A stretch of DNA of 64,000 nt. Origin: an uncultured Planctomycetaceae bacterium (GTDB lineage Bacteria > Planctomycetota > Planctomycetia > Isosphaerales > Isosphaeraceae). The notes under the pieces are model-generated. The model searched no databases. It had not been told where the DNA came from and worked only from the letters and a program-made list of their open reading frames with translations. The translations under genes and the position numbers were made by a program. Positions 61,586-64,000 of this stretch are shown here, one piece after another. Positions within the stretch are counted from its first letter, which is position 1. Each line of letters opens with the position of its first letter. Location: positions 1,024,001 to 1,088,000 of the forward strand of contig CAWIAD010000001.1 in the NCBI GenBank assembly GCA_963833985.1. The letters run 5' to 3'.

Positions 61586-62952
61586 GGCCGCGTTCCTTCT
61601 TGCCCCAGGATCTCCAGGGCGCTTTGCACCGAGTCCTCGAGCACCGACCAGGACAGGCCCCGGTCCTCCTGGCGGGACGCGAGGTCGCGGAGGTTGAAGA
61701 CCTCCCGGCCGGCCTCGTCCGGCCCCACGATCACAGCGAGCTTGTGGCCGCGGCTCGACCCGTAGCCCATCTGCTTGCCAATCTGGATCGGATCTGGATA
61801 GACCTCCGCGCCGATGCCCGCATTCCGCAGCCGCGCCGCGAGGCGAAAGGGAATGACCGGATCGGTTCCCGGGAAATTCGCCACCAGTACGGGCGCCGTG
61901 GTTGTGGATGAGCCGAGCTTCCCGGCCTCGTCGAGCAGGGCCAGCAGGCGGTCCAGGCCGATCGATGCCCCGACACCGGGCAGCCGCCGGCTGGTGAACA
62001 GGCTGGCCAGGTTGTCATACCGCCCTCCGGAAGCAACGCTGCCGTATTTCTCCCATCCCTGGAGCGTGGTCTCGAAGACGATGCCCGTGTAATAGTCGAG
62101 CCCGCGCGCCAGGCCCAGGTCGATGGCGATGCGCGCCTGTGGTACGCCTGCGGCCTCGAGCAGGTCGAGCACGGTGCGCAGGTTGGCGATCCCCTGGCCG
62201 GCACGCGGACTCGAACCGAGCGACGTCTCGGCCTCGCGCAGCACATCCACGCCCCCGCGGCCGGTCTCGACAAAGTCCAGGACCGCCGACGCCTGATCGC
62301 CTTCCAGGCCCGCGCCCCCCTGGTCCGGCGGCTTTTGTAGCTCGGCGGCGACGGCCTCGCGGCCAATCTTCGCCAGCTTGTCGAGGCCCCGCAGGACGGG
62401 ACCGCTCTGTCCGGCCAGCCCGAGCCGGTCGAGCATGCCGTCGAGGATCTTGCGGTCGTTCAGGGTAATCGTGAAATCCTGGACCCCGGCGCTCTGAAGG
62501 GCCGAATGGATCACCATGGCGGTCTCGGCGTCGGCCAGCACGTTCTCGGTGCCAATCGTGTCGAAATCGCACTGGACGAACTCACGCAACCGCCCCTTCG
62601 CGGGACGTTCGCCCCGGAACACCGATCCGATGGCGTACCGTTTGAACGGCAGGCCAAGCTCGTCCACGTGCCGGGCGACGAATCGGGCCAGGGGAACGGT
62701 CAGATCGAACCGCAGCGCGAGCTCGCCGGGCGTTCCCCCCTTGTTTGTGACCTCGAAGATCTGCCGGAGCACCTCGTCGGAGCCAGCCCCCTTGCCGGTA
62801 AGTACCTCCATGCGCTCGATGTGCGGGGTCTCGATCGGGACGAAGCCGAAGCTGGCGAACGTACGGCGGAACGCGTCCAGCATCCGCTCGCGCGGGATCA
62901 TCACCGCGGGAGGCAGGTCACGCAGCCCGCTGGCGACGCGGGGATCAATCAT
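61582..62952 (-). CDS. hisS: histidine--tRNA ligase
   Basis: LRFDLTVP, FRGERPAKGRLREFVQCDFD, LARGLDYYTG, GGRYD, SIGLDR, anticodon-binding C-terminus. Confidence 0.95.
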   Translation of the reverse strand: MIDPRVASGLRDLPPAVMIPRERMLDAFRRTFASFGFVPIETPHIERMEVLTGKGAGSDEVLRQIFEVTNKGGTPGELALRFDLTVPLARFVARHVDELGLPFKRYAIGSVFRGERPAKGRLREFVQCDFDTIGTENVLADAETAMVIHSALQSAGVQDFTITLNDRKILDGMLDRLGLAGQSGPVLRGLDKLAKIGREAVAAELQKPPDQGGAGLEGDQASAVLDFVETGRGGVDVLREAETSLGSSPRAGQGIANLRTVLDLLEAAGVPQARIAIDLGLARGLDYYTGIVFETTLQGWEKYGSVASGGRYDNLASLFTSRRLPGVGASIGLDRLLALLDEAGKLGSSTTTAPVLVANFPGTDPVIPFRLAARLRNAGIGAEVYPDPIQIGKQMGYGSSRGHKLAVIVGPDEAGREVFNLRDLASRQEDRGLSWSVLEDSVQSALEILGQEGTRP

Positions 62953-63013
62953 GGATCTCACATCCTCAGAGCCGCGGAATGACGAGCCCAGGACCACAAA
63001 GTCATGGGAAATA

Positions 63014-63022
63014 TTGTACCAT
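63014..63022 (-). promoter_or_regulatory. putative extended -10 promoter for hisS
   Basis: TGGTACAAT (TGn-TACAAT) on the minus strand about 60 nt upstream of the start. Confidence 0.4.
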
Positions 63023-63309
63023 CTTGCCGGCACGCGGGACCGTGGATTCCTGCCCGTGCCAGGCCGTGGACTCCTCCTCGCGCCCCAGGCGGCAGGAAAC
63101 GGTCACACGGGAGTACACGGGACGTGGGTTTCCGTGCAGCAGTGGAAGGTCGAATGGATCTCTTTCTCTGCCGCTCCTTCCCTTACAGTCCGATGCTGGC
63201 CGCGTTCAATGATTACCCAGGGGGATTGCCGGCAGCCGGCACGGTGAGTCAATACCCTGTGGTCACCGGCCCGATCCAGGATACGAGGCAGTAACAGGGC
63301 AAAAGAACC

Positions 63310-63735
63310 ATGATCAAGAGCTTCTTACGCACTCTTGCCGCGTTTGTTGTCGGAGTTTTCCTGGCGTTCGTCCTGATCGTCGGCGTGGAGGGTTTCAGCG
63401 CCGTGGTGCATCCTTTCCCCAAGGACTTCGGGGGGACGGCGGAAGAGGTGTGTCGGCACGTGGAAAGATACCCCCAATGGGTGCTGGCCGCGGTCGTTCC
63501 ACTGTGGGCCATTGCGGCACTGGCCAGCACATGGGTGGCGCAGCGGATTGGCAACCTCTACTCTTCTGGATTTGTCGGGCTCCTGTTGCTATCAGCTCTG
63601 ATCTTCAATCTCTCCATGCTGCCCTACCCGAACTGGTTCAAGGTCGTGAACCCGCTCGTGATCTCAGCCGCAATCGTGGCTGGCATTCGTTTCTCAGCAC
63701 GGCGACGGACCGCTGTGCGAGCTGAGGTCCGCTGA
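63310..63735 (+). CDS. hypothetical four-TM membrane protein
   Basis: 141-aa hydrophobic ORF with HPFP and LPYPNWF. Confidence 0.75.
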   Translation: MIKSFLRTLAAFVVGVFLAFVLIVGVEGFSAVVHPFPKDFGGTAEEVCRHVERYPQWVLAAVVPLWAIAALASTWVAQRIGNLYSSGFVGLLLLSALIFNLSMLPYPNWFKVVNPLVISAAIVAGIRFSARRRTAVRAEVR

Positions 63736-63885
63736 GCACCTCCGGCGCGGTCCACCCGTTGACGACTTTTGGTGGTTGCTGACTATGATGTTCGCCATGG
63801 ACGGCCGGAGAACGTTCTAGAGTGCACCCATGGGGCATACTTGCACGAAGACCCCGGCGCGGGGGCGTGGGGAGGCTCAAACAGG

Positions 63886-64000
63886 ATGTGCGGGATCGTC
63901 GGTTACACAGGAATGCACGAGGCCAGCCCGATCCTGGTCTCCGGGTTGCGCAGGCTCGAGTATCGGGGGTATGACAGCGCAGGGCTGGCCGCGGTCAACG
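63886..64000 (+). CDS. glmS: glutamine--fructose-6-phosphate transaminase, 5' part (runs off the window)
   Basis: MCGIVGYTG...[16 protein letters not shown]. Not in the ORF track because it is truncated. Confidence 0.92.
   Translation, partial: MCGIVGYTGMHEASPILVSGLRRLEYRGYDSAGLAAVN

Noticed and set aside
63736..63885. glmS ribozyme upstream of glmS
   Set aside because: I could not find the conserved ribozyme core. Only a weak TTGACG-N19-TATGAT promoter-like pair is visible. An Rfam/Infernal scan would settle it.
1..64000. tRNA, rRNA, prophage or defence island
   Set aside because: No tRNA arms, rRNA-like tracts, phage structural genes or integrase seen. The lone Uma2 nuclease is not enough to call a defence system.

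Overview
High-GC bacterial chromosomal segment. Gene content suggests Planctomycetota, probably Isosphaeraceae (inference from DUF1501/DUF1800, Tat-signalled Gfo/Idh/MocA proteins, M56 proteins with carboxypeptidase-regulatory-like repeats and a DWG-type Ser/Thr kinase with TPRs). There are about 42 CDS, from a truncated BlaI-type repressor at the left edge to the start of glmS at the right. Main non-routine elements: (i) a three-copy tandem array (~2.0 kb period, 34880-40630) of a secreted unknown protein with two variable Gly-Met (GGM)n tracts; the C-terminal halves look identical at DNA level while N-termini and spacers have diverged, each copy has a terminator and an ECF-like promoter is conserved in both spacers; (ii) a REP-associated tyrosine transposase (RAYT) flanked by five doublets of two co-varying hairpin types; (iii) an intact IS1634-family element with 19-bp perfect IRs and a 6-bp target duplication; (iv) a BlaI plus two tandem M56 sensors followed by DUF1800/DUF1501; (v) a lipid-carrier-type glycosylation cluster with a decayed methyltransferase; (vi) a hisS-hisZ-hisG operon with long HisZ and HisG. 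About 11 short frameshifts interrupt otherwise intact genes, including citrate synthase. Nearly all fall at GCGC, which points to systematic long-read errors (possibly methylation-linked) rather than real pseudogenes. I saw no rRNA, tRNA or CRISPR array. All family assignments come from motif recognition by eye; no database searches were run.
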